A DNA stretch of 64,000 nt from a bacterium (GCA_028716385.1 JAQUPX010000001.1:827674-891673); one strand, 5' to 3'; counted from the stretch's first letter, positions 19,968 through 30,668 are shown. The notes: generated by a model not told the origin, from the letters alone. Program-made: numbers and translations.

Positions 19968-22772
19968 ATGCGTAAATATATTTTATTATTAGTGTTGATG
20001 ATACTTTCGGTTGTTATAGAAGGAAGCAAATGGAGCAGAACCGGTGATGTAAATACGTGGCGTTCTGGGAGTGAAAGCGCAATGCTTACGGACGGTAGAA
20101 TTATAACAATATCCGGGATGGAAATAGATACAACAAGTAGTATATGGGCAGGTACCTGGTCGGGCGACGGATTTCAAAATTATGAAGTTTTCAGTCCTGC
20201 GACCGGTAAATGGGTACAAGGAAATTTAACTGTCGGAGGAGAACATACGCTTGCGATGTTATTACCGGATGGAACCGTTTTGTGGGTAAATAATGATGGG
20301 AATAGTTCTATTTATGATCCAGTAAACAACACATGGACTTCCGGTTACAGTTTTGGAGGATGGCAGTGGCGAGCTTGTGGAACATTACTTGAGAATGGAA
20401 AAATTTTGATAGTTGGAAGAGATACAAGCCAAAGCTGTATTTTATATGATTGGAACACAAAAAACATAAGTGTCACGGCAGCAAGTAATTCACATCACAG
20501 TGCCGAAAAAGGAACCAGTGGTATGATAGAATTAATATTGCCGGACGGAAAAGTTCTTTTAATAGGCGGAAAAGATAGCACTAAATGTGAAGTTTATGAT
20601 CCTGTTGGCCAAACCTGGACTAATACAGGTTCGCTAAATACATGGAGGAGAGCAAGCGTAGGAATATACTTGCGTCCGCCATGGGATAAAGTCCTTGTTG
20701 CAGGTGGGCTTTTTGGAGGGGCAGGAACGGAATTATGGGATCCTACTACCGGTATCTGGACTAATACCGGCAACTTAAATACTATACCAAGAAGTGCTTC
20801 TGCTATGGTATTACTCCCAAATGGGAAACCAATGATAATGGGTGGAGCCAACGATTTTTTACCTACTCTTTCAACAAAAAAATGTGAAATATTTGAACCT
20901 GATTCCGGGGTTTGGAGATTTACTGACTCACTTGAATATGCAACTCGATGGGGCAGATCTCATTTCCCGGCCGCAGTGCTTTATACGGGGAAAATATTGG
21001 CAATTAGCGGACACGATAGTGTTGCACAACACCTTGCCGTTAACCGCTACGGGTTAAATTATTCGTGCGAAATATATGATCCATCCAATGGAATAGTGGA
21101 TTCAAGAATGCCATTAACAGATGCTCGTTTCTGCCATACTGCAACTCCACTTCCTATTATACATACTGCTAATTGTTCAACAAATATTTTTGTTGTTGGC
21201 GGAGAAAATGCCGGTGGTGTTTTGAAAACTTGTGAACTTTATAATTATAATAGAAATATATCATCTTTAACAGATTCACTAAATATAGAAAGAACTTGTC
21301 ATGCCACAGTTTTAGTGTCTTCCGGGAAAGTATTAACGATAGGTGGGAGAAATTCCGGTGGAGCATTAAAATCTTGTGAACTCTATGATATAACTACGGG
21401 AATGTGGAGTTTGACGGATAGTCTTGAATATGCAAGATTTAATCATACAACTACAGTATTAAAAGATGGAAGAGTGCTTGTTACAGGAGGAGAATCGGGC
21501 GGAAGTTATTTGAATTTCTGTGAAATATATGATCCCAATACTAATACATGGGCAACTACCAACAATTTAACTAATTCACGGGCATCTCATTCTGCCGTTT
21601 TGTTATTTGATGGGAAAGTGCTTGTCGTAGGTGGTCATTCATCAGGTGGAGCTATAACATCCTGCGAAATTTGGGACCCGGGTACCGGCAACTGGACAAG
21701 TACGGGTAGTTTGGTAAGTGCAAGGTATTCCAATACTGCTATTCTCTTGCAAGCCGGGAATGTTCTTGTTGCCGGTGGAACGAATGGAAGCACGGCATTG
21801 GCAAGTTGTGAGGTTTATAATACAACAACCGGATTATGGAGTTCAGAAACTTCTTTAAATAATGCAAGATATTGGCATAATTCTGTTTTATTATATTCTG
21901 GGCTAGTATTAACAATAGGTGGATATAACGGGACAAGTGACGTTCAGACATGGGAAGTCTATGATCCGGCTACTCACAAATGGAAATCGGAAGGGACTAT
22001 TTCTGGGAGACATTATAATACTTCTACGCTTATACCTTCAGATAAACCGTATGTTTTAATGATAGGCGGTAAAGATGCCGGAGGAACGGATATTAGTTCA
22101 ATTGACAGATATGATGTTGGACTTGGGTATCGTTCGGAATGGCAATCAACAATAACAAATTGTCAGGCAGTTACGCAAATATCTTCCTCAATGCATATAG
22201 AAGGAAATCTTTTCAGGGATTATTCGGAAGCAGATGGCGGGAATCATTGTCATATAGTTTCTTCTGACCATCCGATTATGTCGTTTGTAAGAGTTGGCGG
22301 TGGCAATTGGCAAGGAAATGGTGGCGGAGAACTAATGTATATGCCATCAAGCGACAGCTGGGATAAGACACATACTAATATTGATTTCCCGGATACTGCC
22401 GTAGGTTATTATAGAGTATGGTCAATAGTAAACGGTATTCCATGTAAATGGTATCAGAGTTGCGCAGGAGCGGAGGAAGGAGAATCTAAAATCCAAAATC
22501 CCAAATCCAAAATAACAATATATCCCAATCCAACTACAGGCAGTATAAATTTTGATTTACGGGCATTTGATGCTACAGAAAAAACTTATTCTACTATTGA
22601 TATCTATGATTGTTCAGGCAGGTCAGTGAAAACGTTGAAAACAAATAATTTTGAGGTTCAAACTGTTAAGTTAAATGGACTTAAATCGGGAATTTATTTT
22701 TACTCTATTAAATATAAGAACATACAAAACAAGGGGAAATTTACATTAATAAATAATAATAAGAATACCTAG
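19968..22772 (+). CDS. secreted Kelch-repeat beta-propeller protein with T9SS C-terminal sorting domain (paralog of 43588..46281)
   Basis: 934 aa. Signal peptide. Many Kelch-like blades (...R..HSAVLL.DGKVLV.GG...CE.YD...W...). C-terminal ...IDIYDCSGRSVKTL...GIYFYSIKYKN.... Strong SD AGGAGG upstream. Confidence 0.7.
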   Translation: MRKYILLLVLMILSVVIEGSKWSRTGDVNTWRSGSESAMLTDGRIITISGMEIDTTSSIWAGTWSGDGFQNYEVFSPATGKWVQGNLTVGGEHTLAMLLPDGTVLWVNNDGNSSIYDPVNNTWTSGYSFGGWQWRACGTLLENGKILIVGRDTSQSCILYDWNTKNISVTAASNSHHSAEKGTSGMIELILPDGKVLLIGGKDSTKCEVYDPVGQTWTNTGSLNTWRRASVGIYLRPPWDKVLVAGGLFGGAGTELWDPTTGIWTNTGNLNTIPRSASAMVLLPNGKPMIMGGANDFLPTLSTKKCEIFEPDSGVWRFTDSLEYATRWGRSHFPAAVLYTGKILAISGHDSVAQHLAVNRYGLNYSCEIYDPSNGIVDSRMPLTDARFCHTATPLPIIHTANCSTNIFVVGGENAGGVLKTCELYNYNRNISSLTDSLNIERTCHATVLVSSGKVLTIGGRNSGGALKSCELYDITTGMWSLTDSLEYARFNHTTTVLKDGRVLVTGGESGGSYLNFCEIYDPNTNTWATTNNLTNSRASHSAVLLFDGKVLVVGGHSSGGAITSCEIWDPGTGNWTSTGSLVSARYSNTAILLQAGNVLVAGGTNGSTALASCEVYNTTTGLWSSETSLNNARYWHNSVLLYSGLVLTIGGYNGTSDVQTWEVYDPATHKWKSEGTISGRHYNTSTLIPSDKPYVLMIGGKDAGGTDISSIDRYDVGLGYRSEWQSTITNCQAVTQISSSMHIEGNLFRDYSEADGGNHCHIVSSDHPIMSFVRVGGGNWQGNGGGELMYMPSSDSWDKTHTNIDFPDTAVGYYRVWSIVNGIPCKWYQSCAGAEEGESKIQNPKSKITIYPNPTTGSINFDLRAFDATEKTYSTIDIYDCSGRSVKTLKTNNFEVQTVKLNGLKSGIYFYSIKYKNIQNKGKFTLINNNKNT

Positions 22773-22820
22773 GGGCTATTTTCCAATGGCTTCTTAGAGT
22801 CTGTCAACAAAGGAGGAAGT

Positions 22821-25241
22821 ATGTGTAAAGTTTTATTTTCAAAGTCGAGGTTTGTTAGTTTTTGTTTGGTGCTGTTTTTATTCTCCGGTCATACTCCTGT
22901 TGAAGCGTCAAAAACTGTTGTTCTTACTTCTGATAGTTATAAATCGAGGAATGACAGCAAAGCATTTTTTTTCTCTAAAGGAAATATAGACACTTTGATG
23001 CCCGATATGAAACCGCCTTTTTATGCTTTATCCGCTACTTTCATAGTAGAATATGAAGCTACCTGTCTTACTCCTGCGGCTCCTTGTTCTATAAAGGCAA
23101 TCTGGCATGGGATGAAGCTCTCCGGGCTCAGTGCAAAGGAGTGCAGTCTCTTTATTTGGAGTGACGCAAGTGGACACCCGGGCACAAGGTTATTCTCTCT
23201 GCGTTCATTGGAATCAGGTACCGGAAGCGATACTGGCATATATTCGTACACGTTACCCACTCCAATATATGTTTCAGGACCTTTCTGGGTTGGAAATTAT
23301 GAATGGAGTCTTGCTTTCCCTACGACTGCAGTTGATAAAGTTCCAAGCGCGCCAAATAAATGGTCTACCAATGGGGCAACATGGCAAGATGATATTTTTG
23401 ATTATTTTCATGCTGCTGTGGTAAAATACGAGGGAGAAGGAACGCCTGATATTAGTGTAAATCCTACGAGTATTATGTTGCAAATAGACAGCAGTAAGGG
23501 AAGTTACAAAGCGTCTCCTACTCCTATGATATCAGAAAATGATGAAAAATACTGGAAAGATATAGTATCCGGCGAAATATTAATCGGGTACAAGAGTAGC
23601 ATTAATGTTAAAAATGCAAAATTAAATGAACTTGGTATTGCAGAAAAAGGAATAAATTTAGTAAATAAAGAGTTAGGTTCCAATTTTATACTTGTCAAAA
23701 TTCCAAGTGGAATTGCAGAAGCAAAAGCTTTTATTGCTCGTATGAAAGCAAACCCTGATGTTAAATCTGTAGAGCCGAATAGGATTGTGAAAATTCTTGG
23801 TACCCCAAATGACCCATATTGGTCACAATTGTGGCATATGGATAATCTTAATGTCCCTGCAGCATGGGGATTAAATGGCTGGGGAAGTTATGCTATTTCC
23901 ATCGCTATAATTGATGAAGGAACTGAATATTTTCATCCTGATTTAGTATCACGGTTTGGCGCTATTAAAGGCAGGGATATAGTAGATAGTGATGATGACC
24001 CCAGACCCAGTGGTTCGGATGAAGACCATGGAACATTCTGTTCCGGTCTTGCAGCCGCAACTATAAATAATGGAATTGGAGTTGCTGGAGTATCGAATGC
24101 GCACCTTTATGCCATTAGAGCATTAAATGGTGGCGTGGGGGGGGCCGATGCGGTTGGTCAAAGTATCCAATGGTGTATTGACCACAAAGTAAATTTAATT
24201 TCTATGAGTCTAGGATATGCGACTCCATCTTCCTATGTTGAAGCCGAATGTCAGGCAGCATGGGATTCGGGAGCTGTTCTTTGTGCGGCAACCGGAAATG
24301 GTGGTACAGAGGGAGTAGGATATCCTGCTGCTTATTCAACGGTTATTGCAGTAGGAGCAATAGAGCCAAATAACCAGAGATGTTCGTTTAGTACTTATGG
24401 AAATGAGGTTGAGCTTGTCGCACCCGGAGATACTATCACTTCAACTATCGCTGGTGGCGCCTATCAAGGAACATGGAATGGTACCTCAATGGCTACTCCT
24501 CTTGTAGCAGGTGGTGCGGCGCTTGTGTGGGCCGCAAACCCATATCTCACAAACCAGGAAGTGAGAGATATTCTGACTTCTACTGCAATTGACCTTGGGA
24601 CTGCAGGACGGGACAAATATTATGGTTACGGGAAACCCAATATTCAGGCAGCAGTTCAGGCTGCGCTTAATAACAATACTTTGCCTGCCGATACGGGGAC
24701 AATAACTGTTTCAAATTCAGGCTCTGCAGGTGGTGATTTAAATGTTACGGATATTTCGTATAAGGCACAGTGGATTAGATCTGTTATCCCGAGAAATTTT
24801 ACTGTGATCCCCGGAAGTTCACAAGCGGTTACTGTAATTGCTCAAGCCAAACTTCCTAAAGGCTATTATTACGATACTCTTCATATTGCTTCAAATGACT
24901 CTACTTATAAACCATATCTTGTACCGATTACTCTTAAAGTAGGAAATCCCGGGATAGAAGACAATACGGATTATGGAGTGCGGAATGCGGATTTAGATGT
25001 TTCCCCGAGTCTGATTACAAGATTGTTATCCGTAAAATTTGCTATTTTTACATCTCAACGTATTAGCCTAAAAATTTATGATGCTGCCGGGCGAGTGGTA
25101 AAAACAATTTTTGATGGAAATAAAACGGCAGGTAATTATAGTTTAACGGTTAATATGTGTAATATTAATTCCGGGATATATTTTGTTGTATTACAACAAG
25201 AAAATACCAGGATATCCAAAAAGGTTAGTTTAATAAAATAA
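22821..25241 (+). CDS. subtilisin-like serine protease (peptidase S8) with an N-terminal domain of unknown function and a T9SS C-terminal sorting domain
   Basis: 806 aa. Catalytic triad contexts IAIIDEGT (Asp), HGTFCSGLAAA (His) and GTSMATPLVAGG (Ser). C-terminal ...LKIYDAAGRVVKTI...GIYFVVLQQ.... Its N-terminal ~150 aa are homologous to the 39194 gene product. Confidence 0.85.
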   Translation: MCKVLFSKSRFVSFCLVLFLFSGHTPVEASKTVVLTSDSYKSRNDSKAFFFSKGNIDTLMPDMKPPFYALSATFIVEYEATCLTPAAPCSIKAIWHGMKLSGLSAKECSLFIWSDASGHPGTRLFSLRSLESGTGSDTGIYSYTLPTPIYVSGPFWVGNYEWSLAFPTTAVDKVPSAPNKWSTNGATWQDDIFDYFHAAVVKYEGEGTPDISVNPTSIMLQIDSSKGSYKASPTPMISENDEKYWKDIVSGEILIGYKSSINVKNAKLNELGIAEKGINLVNKELGSNFILVKIPSGIAEAKAFIARMKANPDVKSVEPNRIVKILGTPNDPYWSQLWHMDNLNVPAAWGLNGWGSYAISIAIIDEGTEYFHPDLVSRFGAIKGRDIVDSDDDPRPSGSDEDHGTFCSGLAAATINNGIGVAGVSNAHLYAIRALNGGVGGADAVGQSIQWCIDHKVNLISMSLGYATPSSYVEAECQAAWDSGAVLCAATGNGGTEGVGYPAAYSTVIAVGAIEPNNQRCSFSTYGNEVELVAPGDTITSTIAGGAYQGTWNGTSMATPLVAGGAALVWAANPYLTNQEVRDILTSTAIDLGTAGRDKYYGYGKPNIQAAVQAALNNNTLPADTGTITVSNSGSAGGDLNVTDISYKAQWIRSVIPRNFTVIPGSSQAVTVIAQAKLPKGYYYDTLHIASNDSTYKPYLVPITLKVGNPGIEDNTDYGVRNADLDVSPSLITRLLSVKFAIFTSQRISLKIYDAAGRVVKTIFDGNKTAGNYSLTVNMCNINSGIYFVVLQQENTRISKKVSLIK

Positions 25242-25266
25242 CAAAAGCTTTCAATTTATAATAAAA

Positions 25267-25304
25267 AAGGAGTCTCTGTTTTTCAACAGAGACTCCTTTT
25301 TTTA
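25267..25304. terminator. bidirectional rho-independent terminator between convergent S8 protease and ptb
   Basis: AAGGAGTCTCTGTT-tttc-AACAGAGACTCCTT is a perfect 14-bp stem, followed by TTTTTTT. Confidence 0.55.
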
Positions 25305-25322
25305 ACAAGAGTGTAATTCTAG

Positions 25323-26228
25323 TTATTTATTACAAACAAGTGCGCCGGTTGCGATTGAATAGAATTTCGATTCTTCCGAGTCTGAACGTGATGTAAGAAT
25401 ACAAGGACACATTGCGCCTGTCAAAAATGCAGCTATCTCACCCTTTGCAAGGTAAACACAGGTTTTGAAGAATACGTTACCTGATTCAATGTTTGGGAAA
25501 ATAAGTATGTCTGCATCACCTGCAACTTCTGATTTTACGCCTTTAATTTCTTTACTTTCTTTTGAAACTGCCAGGTCCATAGCAAGTGGGCCATCAAGAA
25601 TTGCACCTTTTATCTGTCCCCTGTCTGCCATTTTGCACATTATCGCTGCGTCCATAGTAGGAATCATTTTAGAATTTACTTTTTCAACTGCGCATATAAT
25701 TGCAACTTTTGGATTCGGGTTGTCTAATTTATGCACCACGTTTATTGCATAATTTGTCATAGCAATTTTCTGAGCAAGGTCGGGGTAAGTGAGTACGGCA
25801 ACATCAGAAACTGTCAGAAGTTTCGGATAGGTAGGGACTTCTATGATTGTTACGTGTGACAAAACGGCTCCCGGGGGGCATAATCCTTTTTCTTTATCTA
25901 ATATCCCTTTAATATAAACAGCTGAATCGATAAGTCCTTTCATTAAAAAATCACATTCACCGTTTCTTACTTTTGAAATTGCAAGGTACAATGCTTTCTT
26001 TTTATCAGGTTCGTCTATAATTTCTAATGATTTGACATCTACTTTATATTTTTCAGCTACTTTTATGATATTTGCCTTATCCCCTGTAAGGATGGCTTTT
26101 ACAATTCCTTCTTTTACTGCTTTTCCAACTGCTTCGATGGTATGAGGATCTTCTCCGCAGGCTACCGCAAGTCTTTTTGGTGCCTGTTTTTTAGCTTTTT
26201 CAGCTATTTCTTTTAGTTTGGTTATCAC
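25323..26228 (-). CDS. ptb: phosphate butyryltransferase / phosphotransacylase
   Basis: 301 aa of the PTA/PTB family. Located immediately downstream of buk. Confidence 0.85.
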   Translation of the reverse strand: MITKLKEIAEKAKKQAPKRLAVACGEDPHTIEAVGKAVKEGIVKAILTGDKANIIKVAEKYKVDVKSLEIIDEPDKKKALYLAISKVRNGECDFLMKGLIDSAVYIKGILDKEKGLCPPGAVLSHVTIIEVPTYPKLLTVSDVAVLTYPDLAQKIAMTNYAINVVHKLDNPNPKVAIICAVEKVNSKMIPTMDAAIMCKMADRGQIKGAILDGPLAMDLAVSKESKEIKGVKSEVAGDADILIFPNIESGNVFFKTCVYLAKGEIAAFLTGAMCPCILTSRSDSEESKFYSIATGALVCNK

Positions 26229-26239
26229 AATGCCCCCTT

Positions 26240-27304
26240 TTAATTATATGTTATGGCTTCTGTTTCGCCTTTTAAAATTCTTATAGCGCCGGCTGCGAGT
26301 GCTTCCATCTCATTCTCACCGGGGAATATAAATATTTCCCCTATGAAAGATATCCTCTCTTTTATAAGTTCAATAAACTCCTTCCATCGTGCGAAACCAC
26401 CTGTTATAACGATTCCATCTACTTCCCCTTTCAGTACGGATGCGCAACTTCCTATTTCCTTTGCTATTCTGTAAGCCATTGCTTCAAAAACAATGGTTGC
26501 TTCTTTATCACCGGATTTTACCCTGCTCTCAACTTCTCGCATATCATTAGTCCCAAGCAGTGCGACAACTCCACCTTTCCCGGTTATCATTTTCTTAAGT
26601 TCTTCTTTGCTGTATTTACCGGAAAGTGCAAGTTCTACAAGATCCCACGCCGGCAATGTTCCTGCACGTTCGGGAGTAATTGGTCCTTCTCCGTTAAGTG
26701 CATTGTTTACGTCTATAACTTTTCCTTTGTGATGAGCGGCAATTGAGATCCCTCCACCAAGATGCGCAACGATAAGATTAACATCGTTATATTCTTTTCC
26801 GAGTTTCCGGGCTGCAAGTCTTGCAGTATATTTATGGTTTAACGCATGAAATATGCTTCTCCGTTTTATTTCCGCTATTCCCGTTATTCTTGCAGTGTCG
26901 TTAAGCTCATCCACTACTACAGGATCAACTATGAATGCAGGTATTTTAAGAGGCGAAGCAATTTCATAAGCAAGTATTCCACCCAGATTTGATGCATGCT
27001 CACCTTGTAGCCCGCTATTCAAATCTTCAAGCATCCTTGCATTAACTTTGTAGGTTCCACTTGGAATGGGTTTAAGCAATCCGCCTCTGCCTACAACTGC
27101 ATTTAGTTTTTTAGAGTCTATGTTTCTCTTTTTTAAGACTTCATTAATTAATTCTCTTCTAAAATCTTTTTGATCAACGATTCGCTTGTATTTGCCGAGT
27201 TGGTCTATACTGTGGCTGATATTCTCCGAAAAACATTCTTTATCGTTATCGTAAACGGCTATCTTCGTAGAAGTTGAGCCCGGATTTATTACAAGTATCA
27301 TCAT
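26240..27304 (-). CDS. buk: butyrate kinase
   Basis: 354 aa. MMILVINPGSTSTKIAVY start and ASKHA motifs. The ptb-buk pair is classical. Confidence 0.9.
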   Translation of the reverse strand: MMILVINPGSTSTKIAVYDNDKECFSENISHSIDQLGKYKRIVDQKDFRRELINEVLKKRNIDSKKLNAVVGRGGLLKPIPSGTYKVNARMLEDLNSGLQGEHASNLGGILAYEIASPLKIPAFIVDPVVVDELNDTARITGIAEIKRRSIFHALNHKYTARLAARKLGKEYNDVNLIVAHLGGGISIAAHHKGKVIDVNNALNGEGPITPERAGTLPAWDLVELALSGKYSKEELKKMITGKGGVVALLGTNDMREVESRVKSGDKEATIVFEAMAYRIAKEIGSCASVLKGEVDGIVITGGFARWKEFIELIKERISFIGEIFIFPGENEMEALAAGAIRILKGETEAITYN

Positions 27305-28707
27305 TTTGGCATTTTATCTACCAAATTTTTGAGTTCTTTGTCTTTCTTTGCTTCGTCAAGGAATGCTTTCTTTGCCGCTTTTGCCATAACATTCCATAAT
27401 TTCGGTTTCTTCTGGCATTCTTTTGCAAAGGCAAAAGCTCTCAACGTATTTACGTATTCCGGATTCTGGAACCTGTAAGTGAAGTTAGTGTGAATGTCAT
27501 ATTTGCCCTCGTATAATGCTGCGACATCTTCAATAAATACTCTTTCTTCATCCGTAGGAATAACGAATACTTTCACTTTTGATTTGGCTCCGGTTATATC
27601 CGATTCTGAATTTCTTGTCATTGCTGCTATATTTTTTTCTTCATCAACTTCAATCCCCAAATGCTCAAGGTTACTTAATGCTCTTCCTCTTATGATAGGT
27701 GATTTTTCACCTACGCCTGCCGTAAAGACTATTGCATCTATTTTACCAAGTGCAAAATTATATGCACCGATATATTTCTTTATTCTATAAGCTTCGATAT
27801 CCAATGCTAGGTGTGCTCTTTTATCGCCTTTTTCTGCGGCTTCCTCGATATCCCTTCTGTCTGTATATTTGCCTGTAATTCCAAGGACGCCTGATTTTTT
27901 ATTTAAAATGCTATCCATTTCTTTTGCTGTTTTTTGCTCTTTTCCCATCATATAAAAACCGATGGCCGGGTCGTGATCGCCTGCTCTTGTTCCCATTACC
28001 ATACCTTCAAGAGGAGTAAGTCCCATTGAAGTGTCGTAAGAGACGCCTTTTTTTATTGCATTTGTTGATACTCCGTTTCCGATATGACATGCTACGATAT
28101 TGCAATCAAAAGGATCTTTTCCAAGAAGGACAGCCGCTCTTTTGGCTACATAAAGGAAAGAAGTTCCATGAAACCCGTATCTTCTAACTCCATATTTTTC
28201 ATACCATTCATAGGGAAGCGCATAAGTATAAACATAGTCCGACATTGTCTGGTGCCATGCCGTATCCATTATTGCCATATGAGGTATATTGGGCATAACT
28301 TCCTGTGCTGCTTCAATCCCTAAAATGTTTGGTGGATTGTGAAGTGGCGCTAGGTCCGAAAGGTCTCTGAATGTCTGCAGAACTTCAGGATTTATTATTA
28401 CGGATTTTGCAAATTTCTCTCCCCCATGAACTACTCTGTGTCCTACCGCCGAAATAGAAGACATATCTTCTATTACCCCATATTCTTTGTGAGTAAGTGT
28501 ATCAACTATTAATTTTATTGCCTCTTTGTGGTCTTTGCAGTCATGCTCTATTCGCAAAGGTTCTTTTCCGGGAACTTCGTGAAGACAGAAAGAACCTCCA
28601 ACGGTAACTCTTTCAACTATCCCGGTTGCTAATGTGTTTTTTTTATCCCAATCATAAACTCTATATTTTGCAGACGAACTTCCGCAATTTAGACACAATA
28701 TAGTCAT
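27301..28707 (-). CDS. acetate/propionate kinase family protein with ~65-aa C-terminal extension
   Basis: 468 aa. N-terminal ILCLNCGSSSAKYRVY. The canonical family end ...VIPTDEE is followed by an extra lysine-rich tail (...KAAKKAFLDEAKKDKELKNLVDKMPK). Overlaps the buk start by 4 nt. Confidence 0.8.
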   Translation of the reverse strand: MTILCLNCGSSSAKYRVYDWDKKNTLATGIVERVTVGGSFCLHEVPGKEPLRIEHDCKDHKEAIKLIVDTLTHKEYGVIEDMSSISAVGHRVVHGGEKFAKSVIINPEVLQTFRDLSDLAPLHNPPNILGIEAAQEVMPNIPHMAIMDTAWHQTMSDYVYTYALPYEWYEKYGVRRYGFHGTSFLYVAKRAAVLLGKDPFDCNIVACHIGNGVSTNAIKKGVSYDTSMGLTPLEGMVMGTRAGDHDPAIGFYMMGKEQKTAKEMDSILNKKSGVLGITGKYTDRRDIEEAAEKGDKRAHLALDIEAYRIKKYIGAYNFALGKIDAIVFTAGVGEKSPIIRGRALSNLEHLGIEVDEEKNIAAMTRNSESDITGAKSKVKVFVIPTDEERVFIEDVAALYEGKYDIHTNFTYRFQNPEYVNTLRAFAFAKECQKKPKLWNVMAKAAKKAFLDEAKKDKELKNLVDKMPK

Positions 28708-28870
28708 TTTCCCCCCTAAAAATTTAATTTTTTAAGATATATATTAAAGTATCCTTCCTAATACTGAAAAAATAAAAGTCAAGTGTTTATAAAAAAATTT
28801 TGTAATTATTTTTCTAGTGATAGTTCCTGTAATGAATTTTTGAACTTCCGGGGGTACGAATTATATAAAT

Positions 28871-29548
28871 TTATTTTTTTCTCTCTCCAAATATTACTCT
28901 TCCAAGTCTTACTATGTTGGCTCCTTCTTCAATTGCAAGTTCATAATCGTCCGACATTCCCATAGAAAGCCATTCCATAGATACTCCAGGAATGTTTTCC
29001 GATTCTATTTTTTCTTTTAACCCTCGTAATAATTTGAAGGCAGGACATGGGTCTTTTTCTAAAGGACCAATTGTCATAAGTCCGGAGATTTTTATATTCT
29101 CCAGAACTGCAATCTGTTTTAACATCGGAATCACCTGTTCCGCAGAAGTCCCATATTTTGTAACTTCTTCCGAAGTATTGACTTCAATAAGCACCGGTAT
29201 TTTCCGGGATGCTCTCTTGTTTATTTCTTCGGCTAAATACAGACTATCTACGGATTGTATCATTGATGCCATTTCTAATATCTTTTTAACTTTGTTAGTT
29301 TGTAGGTGTCCTATCATATGCCACTTTATATCCGTATGCTTGAGTGCATCATATTTTACAAGCGCATCCTGGACTATATTTTCACCCATTACTTTGATCC
29401 CGTAATTATACGCCGCTTCTATTCTTTCAGGAGTGTTGTGTTTACAGGCGCCAACAATTACAACAGAGTCAGGATCTCTGCCGGTTTTTGCGCAAGCTTT
29501 ATGGATCTTTTCTCTTATTTTTTCTATATTCTCTTTTATTAATTCCAT
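28871..29548 (-). CDS. yggS: YggS-family pyridoxal phosphate homeostasis protein
   Basis: 225 aa with an alanine-racemase-N-like barrel. Lys in ...VIVGACKHN.... Confidence 0.85.
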   Translation of the reverse strand: MELIKENIEKIREKIHKACAKTGRDPDSVVIVGACKHNTPERIEAAYNYGIKVMGENIVQDALVKYDALKHTDIKWHMIGHLQTNKVKKILEMASMIQSVDSLYLAEEINKRASRKIPVLIEVNTSEEVTKYGTSAEQVIPMLKQIAVLENIKISGLMTIGPLEKDPCPAFKLLRGLKEKIESENIPGVSMEWLSMGMSDDYELAIEEGANIVRLGRVIFGERKK

Positions 29549-29745
29549 ATCTTTTTATGAGAGTAGTGCTAAAAACTTGATTTGTCAAGTATTTACAATG
29601 AAAAAACGTTAATTATATATTCGTTATTCAGCCTATCAAATATTTTTTTCACATTGACAAAGGTGGGTTTTCAGAACATAAGTAAATATTAAAATATTTG
29701 TCGGAAAATAAAAAAGAGAAAAATTAGATTCAATAGTATATTCAA

Positions 29746-30624
29746 ATGAATCTCGAGAGTCAAATCATTGATGTTTTAAAGAATTGTTTACCAAAGCTTT
29801 CAAGAATTAATACTTATAAACTTGAACAAATAGAAACACATTCTTATCGTTTTTACAATAAAAACAATTCATTTTTTATTAAATGTTTTCCTAAAAAAGA
29901 TATCCTTGGTTCTAATGAAATTCAGATTAATAAAACACTACTTGTTAAAGCCAACATTCCCGTGCCAAGTTTTGTTTTTGACTCAAAGACAACCGAAGCT
30001 ATTATAGCTTGTTGGAAATGGGTTGACGGGAGTGATATCCGCACACAGAATAGACATTTACTACCCGATGCATTTACTATGCTGGGACAATTTCATCTGG
30101 AACAACGGTATAAAGGAAATGTTTGTTCATCTCTTACTCATAAGAGTTACGCTTCAATAAGAAAAATGTTAAAAGCCGAAGTTGATTTTCTATGTCCTTT
30201 ATATGATAATGCAATCAAATTAAAATGTGCATCGATTTTCTCATTACTTGAAGAAGGTTGCCCCACAATTATTCATGGAGATATGCACCCCGGAAATATC
30301 CTTTTAGACCGAAAAAGTTTGTTTTTTACTGATTGGGGTTATAGTATTAATAGTATAAATCTATTGGATTTAGATTATATACAAAGTATTCCTTTTGGTT
30401 CAGGAGTAACGGATTGGTGGATTATAGATTCTTTAGAAGCAAAAACCGTTTTGCCTGCTTACTTCAAAGCTTGTGGATTAGAGCATCTTGATGTTAAGCA
30501 AACGCACAGGGCAGTTATGTTAAGGAACGAACTTATAATAAATTATAAAAGCATGAAAAACAATGACCAACAAAGCATATCAATTTGTCATCAAAACATT
30601 GATTTATTGCTATTGAAATCTTAG
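29746..30624 (+). CDS. aminoglycoside/choline-kinase-like phosphotransferase (APH family)
   Basis: 292 aa. Catalytic loop IIHGDMHPGNILLD and a downstream DWGYS (DFG-like) motif. Confidence 0.65.
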   Translation: MNLESQIIDVLKNCLPKLSRINTYKLEQIETHSYRFYNKNNSFFIKCFPKKDILGSNEIQINKTLLVKANIPVPSFVFDSKTTEAIIACWKWVDGSDIRTQNRHLLPDAFTMLGQFHLEQRYKGNVCSSLTHKSYASIRKMLKAEVDFLCPLYDNAIKLKCASIFSLLEEGCPTIIHGDMHPGNILLDRKSLFFTDWGYSINSINLLDLDYIQSIPFGSGVTDWWIIDSLEAKTVLPAYFKACGLEHLDVKQTHRAVMLRNELIINYKSMKNNDQQSISICHQNIDLLLLKS

Positions 30625-30668
30625 AACCTTCGATAATTTGCTTCGCCTGAGGGAAACAGAATCCAAAA

